From Candidatus Ozemobacteraceae bacterium (GTDB taxonomy: Bacteria > Muiribacteriota > Ozemobacteria > Ozemobacterales > Ozemobacteraceae): 64,000 nucleotides of DNA. The notes beneath the pieces were generated by a model. That model did not search any database and was not told the origin of the DNA. It worked only from the letters and a program-made list of their open reading frames with translations. Of this stretch, positions 29,512 to 38,460 are shown one piece after another. The DNA is taken from the NCBI GenBank assembly GCA_965140445.1, contig OZ223236.1:288001-352000 (forward strand), given 5' to 3'. A program made the position numbers and the translations under genes. Position 1 is the stretch's first letter, and every line of letters begins with the position of its first letter.

Positions 29512-30132
29512 ATGATTTTTGAACAAGTCAGCGTTGGGAAAATGTCCAACTACTCTTATATAGTTGCGGAAAAAGCCGGCGGGGAAGGTTTTATTATTGA
29601 CCCTGCTTTCGATGTGGAAAAGCTAATGCAAACTATCAAAAAGCATTCTTTGAACTTAACCAAAATCATCCTGACTCATCATCACTTTGACCATATAAAT
29701 GCTGCAGCAGGTATAAAAGCAAGAACTGGAGCAAAAATTGTATGTCATCCTGAAACAGAAAAGCTTGTAAAAGGTGAATTTCCAGTTGATGAGTTTCTCG
29801 AAGACGGCGACATTTTTACAATAGAGGAAAAGATAGAAGTAAGCGTAATTCACACCCCTGGACATGCGCCAGGCGGAATTTGCTTAAAAATAGCAAATAC
29901 TCACTTGATTACAGGCGACACTTTATTCATTGGAGATTGCGGCAGGGCTGACCTTCCAGGTGGTAATGCTGAGACCCTTTACAACAGTTTGCAAAAGATA
30001 AAAAAGCTACCAGGATCTCTTATCGTCTTCCCTGGACACAATTACGGCCCTTATCCATCCAGAACTCTAAAAGAAGAGATAGAAACAAACCCCACATTGC
30101 TCGCAACCCTGAAAGAGTTCACCGGGAATTAA
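29512..30132 (+). CDS. MBL-fold metallo-hydrolase (glyoxalase II-like)
   Basis: THHHFDH, HTPGH, TGDTLF and PGHNYG; ATG 29512 with SD GGAG. Confidence 0.92.
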   Translation: MIFEQVSVGKMSNYSYIVAEKAGGEGFIIDPAFDVEKLMQTIKKHSLNLTKIILTHHHFDHINAAAGIKARTGAKIVCHPETEKLVKGEFPVDEFLEDGDIFTIEEKIEVSVIHTPGHAPGGICLKIANTHLITGDTLFIGDCGRADLPGGNAETLYNSLQKIKKLPGSLIVFPGHNYGPYPSRTLKEEIETNPTLLATLKEFTGN

Positions 30133-30138
30133 TTTAGC

Positions 30139-32457
30139 CTACCATTGATAAGCAGCACCTTGTTTTAGGGCCCAATAAGCCGCATCTTTCCAGCCCTGTT
30201 CAAATTCAGTTTCGGTCAGGCCGAAAATTCCTTTTAGCGAATCTGCAAAAGTAACCCCTGCGCTAACTTGCTCAATCATTTTCATCACTGCCCTACAGCC
30301 TTTATCAAGACTACCTGCCTTTTTAACAAGAAAAGCAGTCATAAGATAAGCCTGAGCAATGGCGGTGTCTAGAACTGCAGGGGAAGAGTAGCCCTCTGCA
30401 AAAATGCTATTCATCATCTTTTCAGAAGTAAACTTCGCCAATTTATCACTTATGCTTTTATTGGCAATTAAAAGCCTATATCTAATTGCACTGCTTCGGC
30501 CGGCAACCAATTCTGCAAGTCCCATCTGCAACCACGCACTCTTTTCAGGGTTTTCCCTTGCTTTTGGAATAATGGCCTGGATAATCAATTGTATCAATTC
30601 TCGACCAAGCACCTGTGCGGGGTAATCTTCAATCAATGCCCCAACTTCGTCTTCTCCAATTGCCTCAAAGCCAGTTAGTATAATGCTTCTCAAAACCTCA
30701 GAGTCAAAGTAGTTTGAAGTAACGGTGATGCTTTTATTTTGTGGTTCGTAAAGGGCTATTGTCGGTCCCATTCCTTCTGCAGAAACAAGATTAATAAACA
30801 CTGGCCCAGAAACTGTCCCTAAAAATGCTGCGGCTTTCTTGTAAAGTTTAGATAGCTCGGCAAACAAAAGATTTCTAGCTGATTCATCAATATTTGGGGC
30901 CAATTTTATTTGGAAAATACTTTCCGGGTTTGCCTGAGGCGTATCTGTTGATCCTGCCACATTGCTGTTAGCCTGTGCCGATTGAACATTCTTTTTCTCA
31001 GGAACCGTTCTCGCGGTATATCCTTTAATTCCAGCCTTAGCAAGTCGATTATTAATCAATGCTGCAAGGTGAGGGTCATCAGTAATTGCAGGGAAACCCG
31101 ACAAAAACTGAAGAATTCCAAGTCTATTTGGATTTTGTTTAAACCCTTTATTCAGCCAGGAAATCGCTCCTCTATTATCACCTGTTTTGAACGAGTAGAG
31201 TGCTTCAAGATAGCAAACCATACTTTTTTCCTGAACCCTTTTTTTCCACTCATCCATTGCTGATCTTGCTTCAATAATTTTGTCTGTCATCAGCAACAGG
31301 GAAATGTATATAGGGTATGCTTCAGGATCAGTAAAAGGACGATTGTTAAGTGATTCATTTAAGATCAAATTTACTTCATTGATTCTTCCAGCCTGGAGAG
31401 CAAATAAACCAGCCGTAAGATTTACAGAAGGCATATTATACCCACGTTTATAAGCATTATTTAATCTTTTTGAAGCCTTCTCTGGTTGATTCCTCTGTAA
31501 AAGATACTCAATCCACAAAAGGTCTATTTCCGGGTTGCCAGGGTCTCTTTTTCCCGCTTCCTGCAAAGCTATACCGGCTTCTTTTATCTGGTGAATATCC
31601 AGCATAATTCTGGATTTAATAATGTAGCCATCTGGGGACTCAGGAAAAGCCTTTGAAAATCTATCAACAAGTCCCAAGGCCTTTTTCCATTTATCTAAAT
31701 CATATAAAGCTCTGAAATAAGAGGTTGAAGATGATCCAACATGAGTATCAGTAATCATTGCTTTTACAAAGAGCAACAGCGGGTGAAAGGGAGCTTTTTC
31801 AAGTCCTTGCTCTGCAAGCTGCAAAGCATCTCTATTTCTCCCAAGATACCAGGCACATAAAGCTGTCAATCCGGCTCCATCAGGGCCGGGATATTTTTTT
31901 TCATATTCTTCGCTTAAGGCCAGAGCAAGATATATTTGCCCTCTGGCCAAAGAAGTCATAATACTCCCAAAATGTAATTTAGGGCTTACCAACCTTTTTA
32001 AAATTTCAGGTATTTTTTCGGAAATAACAGTAAAATGATCTGCCAATTTAGTTGGCTCTACCGGAATCGGCCGAGGATGTGCAGGAAGCCTTGAAAGGTA
32101 TTTTCTCGCAACCTTATTGTTTAAACTTAAATTTAAAGAGCGTCTAAACCATTCCGAAGCAATCAATGGTTGCTTTGCCTGGACTTCAATTACTCCCAAA
32201 AGGTTCAGCAGGTTTTTGCTACGATTACCATCAAAAAAGAGTCGCATGGCAAAAAGCCTTGCTTCATCAAGTCTTCCCGATGCAAGAGCTTTCCTGGATA
32301 AATCGTACAACTGCTTTGGAGTGTGAAGATTCGGACTACGAAATGCTTCTTCTGGAGATGGGCCTACTTGTCTTTCTTCCGCAAACAAAGAAAATTGGCA
32401 AATTCCAGAAAATACAAAAATTATTAATAATAGTTTAAGCGAACTTTTTCTAACCAT
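30139..32457 (-). CDS. Secreted TPR protein with degenerate C-terminal peptidase MA-like domain
   Basis: Signal peptide; TPRs; C-terminal LGRELIQ...WLQMGLAE...QAYLMTAFL...FGLTETEFEQGW. Confidence 0.75.
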   Translation of the reverse strand: MVRKSSLKLLLIIFVFSGICQFSLFAEERQVGPSPEEAFRSPNLHTPKQLYDLSRKALASGRLDEARLFAMRLFFDGNRSKNLLNLLGVIEVQAKQPLIASEWFRRSLNLSLNNKVARKYLSRLPAHPRPIPVEPTKLADHFTVISEKIPEILKRLVSPKLHFGSIMTSLARGQIYLALALSEEYEKKYPGPDGAGLTALCAWYLGRNRDALQLAEQGLEKAPFHPLLLFVKAMITDTHVGSSSTSYFRALYDLDKWKKALGLVDRFSKAFPESPDGYIIKSRIMLDIHQIKEAGIALQEAGKRDPGNPEIDLLWIEYLLQRNQPEKASKRLNNAYKRGYNMPSVNLTAGLFALQAGRINEVNLILNESLNNRPFTDPEAYPIYISLLLMTDKIIEARSAMDEWKKRVQEKSMVCYLEALYSFKTGDNRGAISWLNKGFKQNPNRLGILQFLSGFPAITDDPHLAALINNRLAKAGIKGYTARTVPEKKNVQSAQANSNVAGSTDTPQANPESIFQIKLAPNIDESARNLLFAELSKLYKKAAAFLGTVSGPVFINLVSAEGMGPTIALYEPQNKSITVTSNYFDSEVLRSIILTGFEAIGEDEVGALIEDYPAQVLGRELIQLIIQAIIPKARENPEKSAWLQMGLAELVAGRSSAIRYRLLIANKSISDKLAKFTSEKMMNSIFAEGYSSPAVLDTAIAQAYLMTAFLVKKAGSLDKGCRAVMKMIEQVSAGVTFADSLKGIFGLTETEFEQGWKDAAYWALKQGAAYQW

Positions 32458-32463
32458 AGGAAA

Positions 32464-32492
32464 ATTATAACAGTCACATTAATTTCAGCCAA
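32464..32492 (-). promoter_or_regulatory. sigma70 promoter placed for a leaderless transcript
   Basis: TTGGCT-17 nt-TATAAT with TG extension, 6 nt before ATG 32457. Confidence 0.65.
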
Positions 32493-32583
32493 GAATTAAC
32501 ATTCATCACTTTTCAAATTTAATTTTTTTTGTTATGTTTAAGGTACAAACCGTACAAAACAAAAATATAAAAGAGGTATTGTT

Positions 32584-32700
32584 TTGTTTGAAACTGTCGC
32601 GTCAGTTATCGGCTTGATTGTTGTTTTCGTGCTTTTTGTAGATGTAATACCTGCTCTGATCGTTCACAAAATAAAAACTAAAAGAATCGAAAACGCCTGA
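32584..32700 (+). CDS. Putative 38-aa single-pass membrane protein
   Basis: SD AAGAGGT, TTG start, MFETVASVIGLIVVFVLFVDVIPALIVHKIKTKRIENA*, followed by a hairpin. Confidence 0.55.
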   Translation: MFETVASVIGLIVVFVLFVDVIPALIVHKIKTKRIENA

Positions 32701-32729
32701 TCGGGTCTAAATCGTCCTAACAGGAACCA

Positions 32730-32762
32730 GTTTTTCTGGTATTTTTCTTGTGCCAGAAAAAC
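32730..32762. terminator. Hairpin between the convergent small ORF and the DUF3147 gene
   Basis: GTTTTTCTGGTAT-ttttctt-GTGCCAGAAAAAC. Confidence 0.5.
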
Positions 32763-32763
32763 C

Positions 32764-33111
32764 TTAGTTTGCTCCGAAAATTTTCAGTGCTTTTAAAGTT
32801 ATAAAATAGCAGACGCCCATCGTTAATGAAGAAACAGCCAGACTTAAATAAAAATTTTGGCCTGCCTTTAAAAGCAGAGGAAATACAACAAACAATACTA
32901 ACGACGGTATTATCATCCATAAAATGCTGTTAGAAAGAGCGCAAACCGCTTCAATGTTTTTTGTGTCCAAATATAGCCAGATCATGGCAAGAACTGAAAC
33001 TATAGGCAATGAAGCCAGAATACCCCCAAAAAGCGAATATTTTTTTGAAACTTCTGATACAGCCACAATAGTAAAAGCAGAAACAAATAGTTTTAAAAAG
33101 TAGTAAAGCAT
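32764..33111 (-). CDS. DUF3147 family membrane protein
   Basis: IVAVSEVSKK...GGILASLPIVSVLAMIWLYLDT pattern. Confidence 0.85.
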   Translation of the reverse strand: MLYYFLKLFVSAFTIVAVSEVSKKYSLFGGILASLPIVSVLAMIWLYLDTKNIEAVCALSNSILWMIIPSLVLFVVFPLLLKAGQNFYLSLAVSSLTMGVCYFITLKALKIFGAN

Positions 33112-33132
33112 AGCTTTTTCCTTTCTACTGAA

Positions 33133-33402
33133 TCAAACCATCATTTTCAGCATTTGATTTAACTCATTTAAGGCCTTTTCTGAGTCACCATTTTTAACAG
33201 AGTCAACAATGCAATGTTGTAAGTGATCTTCGAAAACAATCTTTCTTGCCTTTATAAAAGCAGCAATGACAGCGCTCATTTGCTGGAGAATTTCAGGACA
33301 AGGCTTTTCGTTTTCGAGCATTTTAATTACTGATGCCATGTGCCCGTTAGCACGTTTAAGTCTTTGAATAACAGCTTTGTGGGATTCGTGATGATGGCTC
33401 AA
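33133..33402 (-). CDS. CsoR/RcnR/NreA family metal-sensing repressor
   Basis: RLKRANGH...KPCPEILQQMSAV...DHLQHC; His-rich N-terminus; TTG start with SD GGAGG. Confidence 0.92.
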   Translation of the reverse strand: MSHHHESHKAVIQRLKRANGHMASVIKMLENEKPCPEILQQMSAVIAAFIKARKIVFEDHLQHCIVDSVKNGDSEKALNELNQMLKMMV

Positions 33403-33441
33403 GCGTATTTCCTCCGACAGATAAATTAATTTTCACACAAT

Positions 33442-33459
33442 CCTATCCTGGGGGATAGG
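33442..33459. promoter_or_regulatory. CsoR/RcnR-type operator overlapping the repressor's own promoter
   Basis: Inverted repeat CCTATCC-TGGG-GGATAGG containing a G5 tract; lies within TGGACA-18 nt-TAGGAT on the minus strand. Confidence 0.75.
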
Positions 33460-33511
33460 TTAGTGTCCAGTGCTTTTATTTTTTGATTATTGTTGGGAAT
33501 TCAAAGCAAAT

Positions 33512-33543
33512 AAAAAAAGGATCGCCAATTAATTGGCGATCCT
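33512..33543 (-). terminator. Intrinsic terminator of leuS
   Basis: Perfect palindrome AGGATCGCCAATTAATTGGCGATCCT followed by a U run on the minus strand. Confidence 0.88.
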
Positions 33544-33565
33544 ATCTTAATGTTTTAAATAAAAT

Positions 33566-36031
33566 TTATTTAACTACAAAGCTAATCATTCTTTTAGGAA
33601 CAAAAATAAATTTTACAATTTCTTTTCCTTCAAGATGCTTTTGAACTTTTTCGCTTTTTAGAGCTTCTGCTTTTGCCGTTTCTTTATCGACATCCGCAGG
33701 GAAAGTAAGCTGATCTCTAAGTTTACCGTTTACCTGCACAGGAAGTGTTACCGTTGATTCAACGAGAGCCTTTTCATCCCATGTTGGCCATTCCTGTTTG
33801 TGAACAGATCCTTTAAACTTAAGTTCTTCCCAGAGCTCTTCTGCCAAAAATGGTGTAATTGGAGCAAGTAGTTTTAACAAGGCTTCAGTTGCCTCTCTCC
33901 AAAGAGTAGTATTAGCAAGATCAGTCTTTTTGGCAGCTTCTATCATAGCATTGGTAAATTCCATAAGTCTGGCAACTGCAGTGTTAAAGCTAAAATTATC
34001 GATGTCATGAGAAACAGACTTAATTGTTCTATGCATTATTCGTTTAAGATCATCGGCTTTTTCGCCTTCAGCCTTGGCTGATCCACCTGGTCTAGAGCTT
34101 AATAGTTCATAAACACGATTTACAAACCTATGCATACCGCGAACACCTTCATCTGACCATGAAACTTCGAGTTCGAAAGTTCCCAGGAAAAGAATAAAAG
34201 CTCTCAACGTATCTGCACCGTATTTATCAACCATTTCATCAGGAGTAATAACATTGCCTTTTGACTTACTCATTTTAGTACCGTCAGCAGCGAGCATCAT
34301 TCCCTGGTTTCTTAGCTTCATAAATGGTTCTGAAAATGGAACAAGGCCTTCATCATGCATAACCTTAGTCCAGAACCTTGCATAGAGAAGATGCATTACC
34401 GCATGTTCAGCTCCGCCAACATACAAGTCTACCGGCAACCAATACTTGCCGTTCTCTTTATCAAATGGTGCTGTATCAAGCTTTGAATCAATAAAACGAA
34501 GGAAATACCATGATGAGCAGGCAAACCCATCCATAGTGTCTGTTTCACGCCGGGCTTCTTTTCCGCATTTCGGACAATCAGTTTTAACCCATTCATGAAT
34601 GTTAGCCAAAGGTGACTTACCATCAGTTCCAGGTTTAAATTCACTAATTTCAGGGAGCTTAACAGGTAGTTGATCGTCTGGAACCGGAACAGCTCCGCAG
34701 CTATCACAATGAATTATAGGTATTGGGGCTCCCCAATATCTTTGTCTTGAAATAAGCCAATCTCTAAGTTTGTAATTAATCCTTTTCTTTCCAAAGCCTT
34801 TTTCTTCGGCTTCTTCTATCATTTTTTCAATGGCCTTTTCACTGGTAAGCCCATCGTAATTTCCGGAATTAATCAACAAGCCATACTCAGTATAGGCCTC
34901 TTTTAACTCACCCTGTGATTTGCCTTCAGGGGTAATAACTTCTTTTACTGCAATGTTATATTTCTGGGAAAATGCGAAATCTCTTTCATCGTGAGCAGGC
35001 ACAGCCATGACTGCGCCAGTTCCATAACCGTAGAGAACATAGTCACCGATAAATACAGGTATTTTTTCACCTGTATATGGATTAATAGCCACAGCTCCTA
35101 TATCAACACCGGTCTTTTCTTTTTCAGTTGAAAGCCTGTCGATTTCGGTCATTTTTCTGGCGTTATCAATATATTCTTTTACAACCTGAACTTTATCAGG
35201 GTGGGTTAATTTTTCAACTAACGGATGTTCAGGAGCTAAAGTCATGAAAGTACAACCAAAAATTGTATCCACTCTGGTTGTGAATACTGGAATATCATAC
35301 TCCTGATTATCAGAAGCACTTATACCTTTGAAAACGACTTCTGTCCCGATACTTTTTCCAATCCAGTTTTCCTGCATCTTTTTAATTTTTTCTGGCCAAT
35401 CAACTGTCTGGAGGTCATCTATCAAACGATCTGCATAATCCGTAATTTTGAAAAACCATTGCTTCAGATCTTTTTTCTCTACCTGAGATTCACATCTCCA
35501 GCAAAGTCCCTGTTCAACCTGCTCATTAGCAAGAATTGTTTTGCAGTCCGGACACCACCATTGAGCACCAGTTGCCTGGTAAGCCAGATTCCGTTTGAAA
35601 AGCATCAGGAAAAACCACTGAGTCCATTTGTAGTAAGCTGGATCAGTTGAATTTATTTCTCTATCCCAGTCATAAGAACATTCAACAAGAGTTAACTGCC
35701 TTTTATAATTTGCAGCATTCTTTTCAGTAGTTTCTGTTGGATGAACGCCCATTTTGATTGCGAAATTTTCTGCAGGCAAACCAAATGCATCCCATCCCAT
35801 TGGATGAAGAACATTAAAACCCTGCATTCTTTTCATGCGAGTTATGACATCAGTTGGAACATAATTGCGTAGGTGACCAACTGATAGCCCATTTCCAGAT
35901 GGATAAGGAAAGAAATCCAAGCAATAGAATTTTTCTTTGCTTTTATCTTCAGAGGTCTTGTAAAGCCCCATTTCCTGCCATTTTGGATGCCATTTTTTCT
36001 GGACTGAATCAAAATCAAAACGTTCTGCCAT
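33566..36031 (-). CDS. leuS: Leucine--tRNA ligase
   Basis: FPYPSG...GH, GWDAFGLPAE, DWLISRQRYWG and KMSKSKGN. Confidence 0.98.
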   Translation of the reverse strand: MAERFDFDSVQKKWHPKWQEMGLYKTSEDKSKEKFYCLDFFPYPSGNGLSVGHLRNYVPTDVITRMKRMQGFNVLHPMGWDAFGLPAENFAIKMGVHPTETTEKNAANYKRQLTLVECSYDWDREINSTDPAYYKWTQWFFLMLFKRNLAYQATGAQWWCPDCKTILANEQVEQGLCWRCESQVEKKDLKQWFFKITDYADRLIDDLQTVDWPEKIKKMQENWIGKSIGTEVVFKGISASDNQEYDIPVFTTRVDTIFGCTFMTLAPEHPLVEKLTHPDKVQVVKEYIDNARKMTEIDRLSTEKEKTGVDIGAVAINPYTGEKIPVFIGDYVLYGYGTGAVMAVPAHDERDFAFSQKYNIAVKEVITPEGKSQGELKEAYTEYGLLINSGNYDGLTSEKAIEKMIEEAEEKGFGKKRINYKLRDWLISRQRYWGAPIPIIHCDSCGAVPVPDDQLPVKLPEISEFKPGTDGKSPLANIHEWVKTDCPKCGKEARRETDTMDGFACSSWYFLRFIDSKLDTAPFDKENGKYWLPVDLYVGGAEHAVMHLLYARFWTKVMHDEGLVPFSEPFMKLRNQGMMLAADGTKMSKSKGNVITPDEMVDKYGADTLRAFILFLGTFELEVSWSDEGVRGMHRFVNRVYELLSSRPGGSAKAEGEKADDLKRIMHRTIKSVSHDIDNFSFNTAVARLMEFTNAMIEAAKKTDLANTTLWREATEALLKLLAPITPFLAEELWEELKFKGSVHKQEWPTWDEKALVESTVTLPVQVNGKLRDQLTFPADVDKETAKAEALKSEKVQKHLEGKEIVKFIFVPKRMISFVVK

Positions 36032-36066
36032 GTATATAACTCCGTATCTATAGTTTTCAGGGCTTA

Positions 36067-36095
36067 ATGATAGATATCAGCAAAGTTAAAGTCAA
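36067..36095 (-). promoter_or_regulatory. sigma70 promoter for leuS
   Basis: TTGACT-17 nt-TATCAT. Confidence 0.7.
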
Positions 36096-36170
36096 CCTTT
36101 GCTATCTGTTTTTGCTACAGAGCAACAGATAAGAGCAAAGAAAATTGTTATAAAATGATGCTTTTAAGAC

Positions 36171-36207
36171 AAAAAAATAGACCACTCAGAAAGAGCGGTC
36201 TATTTCT
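36171..36207 (-). terminator. Intrinsic terminator of gltX
   Basis: Minus strand AAATAGACCGCTC-tttct-GAGTGGTCTATTT followed by a U run. Confidence 0.85.
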
Positions 36208-36221
36208 TGTTTACTAATTTA

Positions 36222-37652
36222 TTAAGCTTTTAAACGTTTAATAACTTCTTCGCGTCCGAGAACATCCAGAATTCCAACCAAATCAGGGCCATGGCAAGTG
36301 CCGGTAATTTTTACCCGGATTGGCATAAAAAGTTCTTTTCCTTTTGCGCCAACGGCTTTTCCAGCTGCCTTAATCCCTGCGTTGTAACCTTCCCGAACCC
36401 ATTCGCAATTTGCAAATTCTTCTGCCAGAGCCGCAAATAGTTGAACAGACTTTTCTGTGCTAATCATTGCAGCAGCTTCTTCATTTTCTGGTTCACTGCT
36501 ATTTAAAACAGCTTCAGCAACTGCAACTGCGTCATTAAGGGTGTTCATTTTTATCTGAACAAGCTCAACCAGCTTTTTCATAACTTCAGGATTATCAAGT
36601 CGCGAATCGCTTGGCATAGCCTTTTTAAGCAAAGGAGCTACCATCGGCAAAAGGGTGTCAACTGGAAGCGCACGCAAGTGCTGGCCATTCATCCAGGTTA
36701 GTTTGGTGTGATCAAAAACGCCAGGGGATTTGCTAATTCTTTCAAGGCTAAAATTTTCTATAAGCTCTTCGATGGTATACATTTCGCGATCGGTACCATC
36801 ATTCCAGCCTAAAAGAGCTAAAAAGTTAATTAAAGCTTCTCTGAGAAATCCTTCATCGGCGTATTGTCCGACGGAAGTTGCTCCATGCCTTTTGGAAAGT
36901 TTAGATTTATCAGGTCCTAGAATCAATGAAGCATGGGCAAATTTTGGTGGAGTTTTTCCAAGTGCTTCATACATAATCAACTGTCTATGAGTGTTAGTTA
37001 GATGCTCTTCTGCTCTTACCACATGAGTGATTTCCATATCAGCATCATCCACTACAACACAAAAGTTGTATACTGGCATTCCATTGGAACGAAGAATGAT
37101 AAAATCACCAAGAGTCTCAGATTTCCATTCGACCCTTCCACGCACCATATCTTCAAGAACATAATCCTTTTCAGGGACCTTTACTCTGACAACGAAAGTT
37201 TCACCAGCAGCAACCTTTGCATCAGCTTCTTCTTTAGAAAGTTTACGGCAAGTTCCATCATAGTGCATTGAGCGATGTTCTTCTTCAGCTTTTTGCCTTT
37301 TTGCTTCCAGATCTTCTTCTGAACAGAAGCATCTATATGCGGCTCCGCAATCTAAAAGCTGCTGGGCATATTTTTTATAAATGTCAGTTCTTTTTGACTG
37401 ATGATAGGGGCCATGAGGACCTTCAACTCCTGGGCCTTCGTCCCATTCCAAACCAAGCCATTTCATATCGCGCAGAAGTCCCTCTTCAGCCTCTCTGGTT
37501 GATCTCTCCAGGTCAGTATCTTCAATTCTCAGAACGAATTTTCCGCCTGTTTTCTTAGCATAAAGCCAGTTGAAAAGAGCTGTTCTAGCTCCTCCCACAT
37601 GAAGATAACCAGTTGGTGATGGTGCAAATCTTACGCGAATCTGTTCTGCCAT
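36222..37652 (-). CDS. gltX: Glutamate--tRNA ligase
   Basis: RFAPSPTGYLHVGG, LRIEDTD and KLSKRHG. Confidence 0.98.
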   Translation of the reverse strand: MAEQIRVRFAPSPTGYLHVGGARTALFNWLYAKKTGGKFVLRIEDTDLERSTREAEEGLLRDMKWLGLEWDEGPGVEGPHGPYHQSKRTDIYKKYAQQLLDCGAAYRCFCSEEDLEAKRQKAEEEHRSMHYDGTCRKLSKEEADAKVAAGETFVVRVKVPEKDYVLEDMVRGRVEWKSETLGDFIILRSNGMPVYNFCVVVDDADMEITHVVRAEEHLTNTHRQLIMYEALGKTPPKFAHASLILGPDKSKLSKRHGATSVGQYADEGFLREALINFLALLGWNDGTDREMYTIEELIENFSLERISKSPGVFDHTKLTWMNGQHLRALPVDTLLPMVAPLLKKAMPSDSRLDNPEVMKKLVELVQIKMNTLNDAVAVAEAVLNSSEPENEEAAAMISTEKSVQLFAALAEEFANCEWVREGYNAGIKAAGKAVGAKGKELFMPIRVKITGTCHGPDLVGILDVLGREEVIKRLKA

Positions 37653-37654
37653 GA

Positions 37655-38439
37655 TTAAATTATGTTGCTCCCCATAAAAATTTGTTCATTTCCGTTAGAT
37701 AAAGCATGTCCACAGCGTCCGAAAGCTGCTACTGCAATTCGACCTTCGCCTCTTACAATAGCTACTTTAAAACCTCCCCCAGGCCGGGGTTAATTGTGTA
37801 TAGCTGACTATAAATATCCCTAACCGCGTTACTCACAGAAAATTTCTCGCGAGAATCTTCTCTGATAACCGATCTGGCAATTGCCGCAACAATAGTGGCT
37901 TCACGCAATTTAATTGGCAATTTTTCAGCTGTAGCGCCAACCTGTGTGATTGCTGCTCTATAACCTTTGTTATTAACTTTCTGAAGCCAATATTCTTCCT
38001 GTTCGGAATCTTTTGTCATAGAAAGGTAAATTACTGCGCTTTCGGGTGTAAGAAGCTGATCTTCCTTGTCTTCAACAAGGTCTTTCACGATATCTTTGTA
38101 GGTTACAACTCCAACCAACTCATCATCGTTATCAACTACCGGCAAAGCTTCCAGCTCACTAGCAGAAAGCATTGCGGCTGCTTCTCTTACAGACATATTT
38201 GAATTTACACGACGAAATTTTTTCTGCATTACCGCAGTAACTTTTTCTTCAATATCCACATCAGCAATGGTTGCAAGATGCGTGGGGGTTAAAATACCCA
38301 CCATTTTTTTCTCATTATCGGTGACCAGAATACATTCTGGCTGACGCAGTATGACGATCTCTCTCAAACCAAAAATACTGTCATCTTTGTCCACGATAAT
38401 CGGGTTTTTATCCATAATATCTTTAACCCGAATGCCCAT
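37655..38439 (-). pseudogene. CBS-pair + HutP domain protein, frameshifted at a G5 run (real lesion or sequencing error)
   Basis: ORF 37762..38439 has two CBS domains and the HutP N-terminal half. One extra G at 37776-37780 extends it with GGGFKVAIVRGEGRIAVAAFGRCGH...IFMGSNII* to TAA at 37655-37657. Confidence 0.8.
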
Positions 38440-38460
38440 TTCTTATTCCTCCAACAGGGA

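Noticed and set aside
32717..32920. 67-aa ORF overlapping the DUF3147 gene on the same strand
   Set aside because: Off-frame shadow; the 32764..33111 frame matches a known family.
36032..36221. T-box riboswitch upstream of leuS
   Set aside because: No GGTGGNACC T-box sequence, and the promoter lies only about 35 nt from the start codon.
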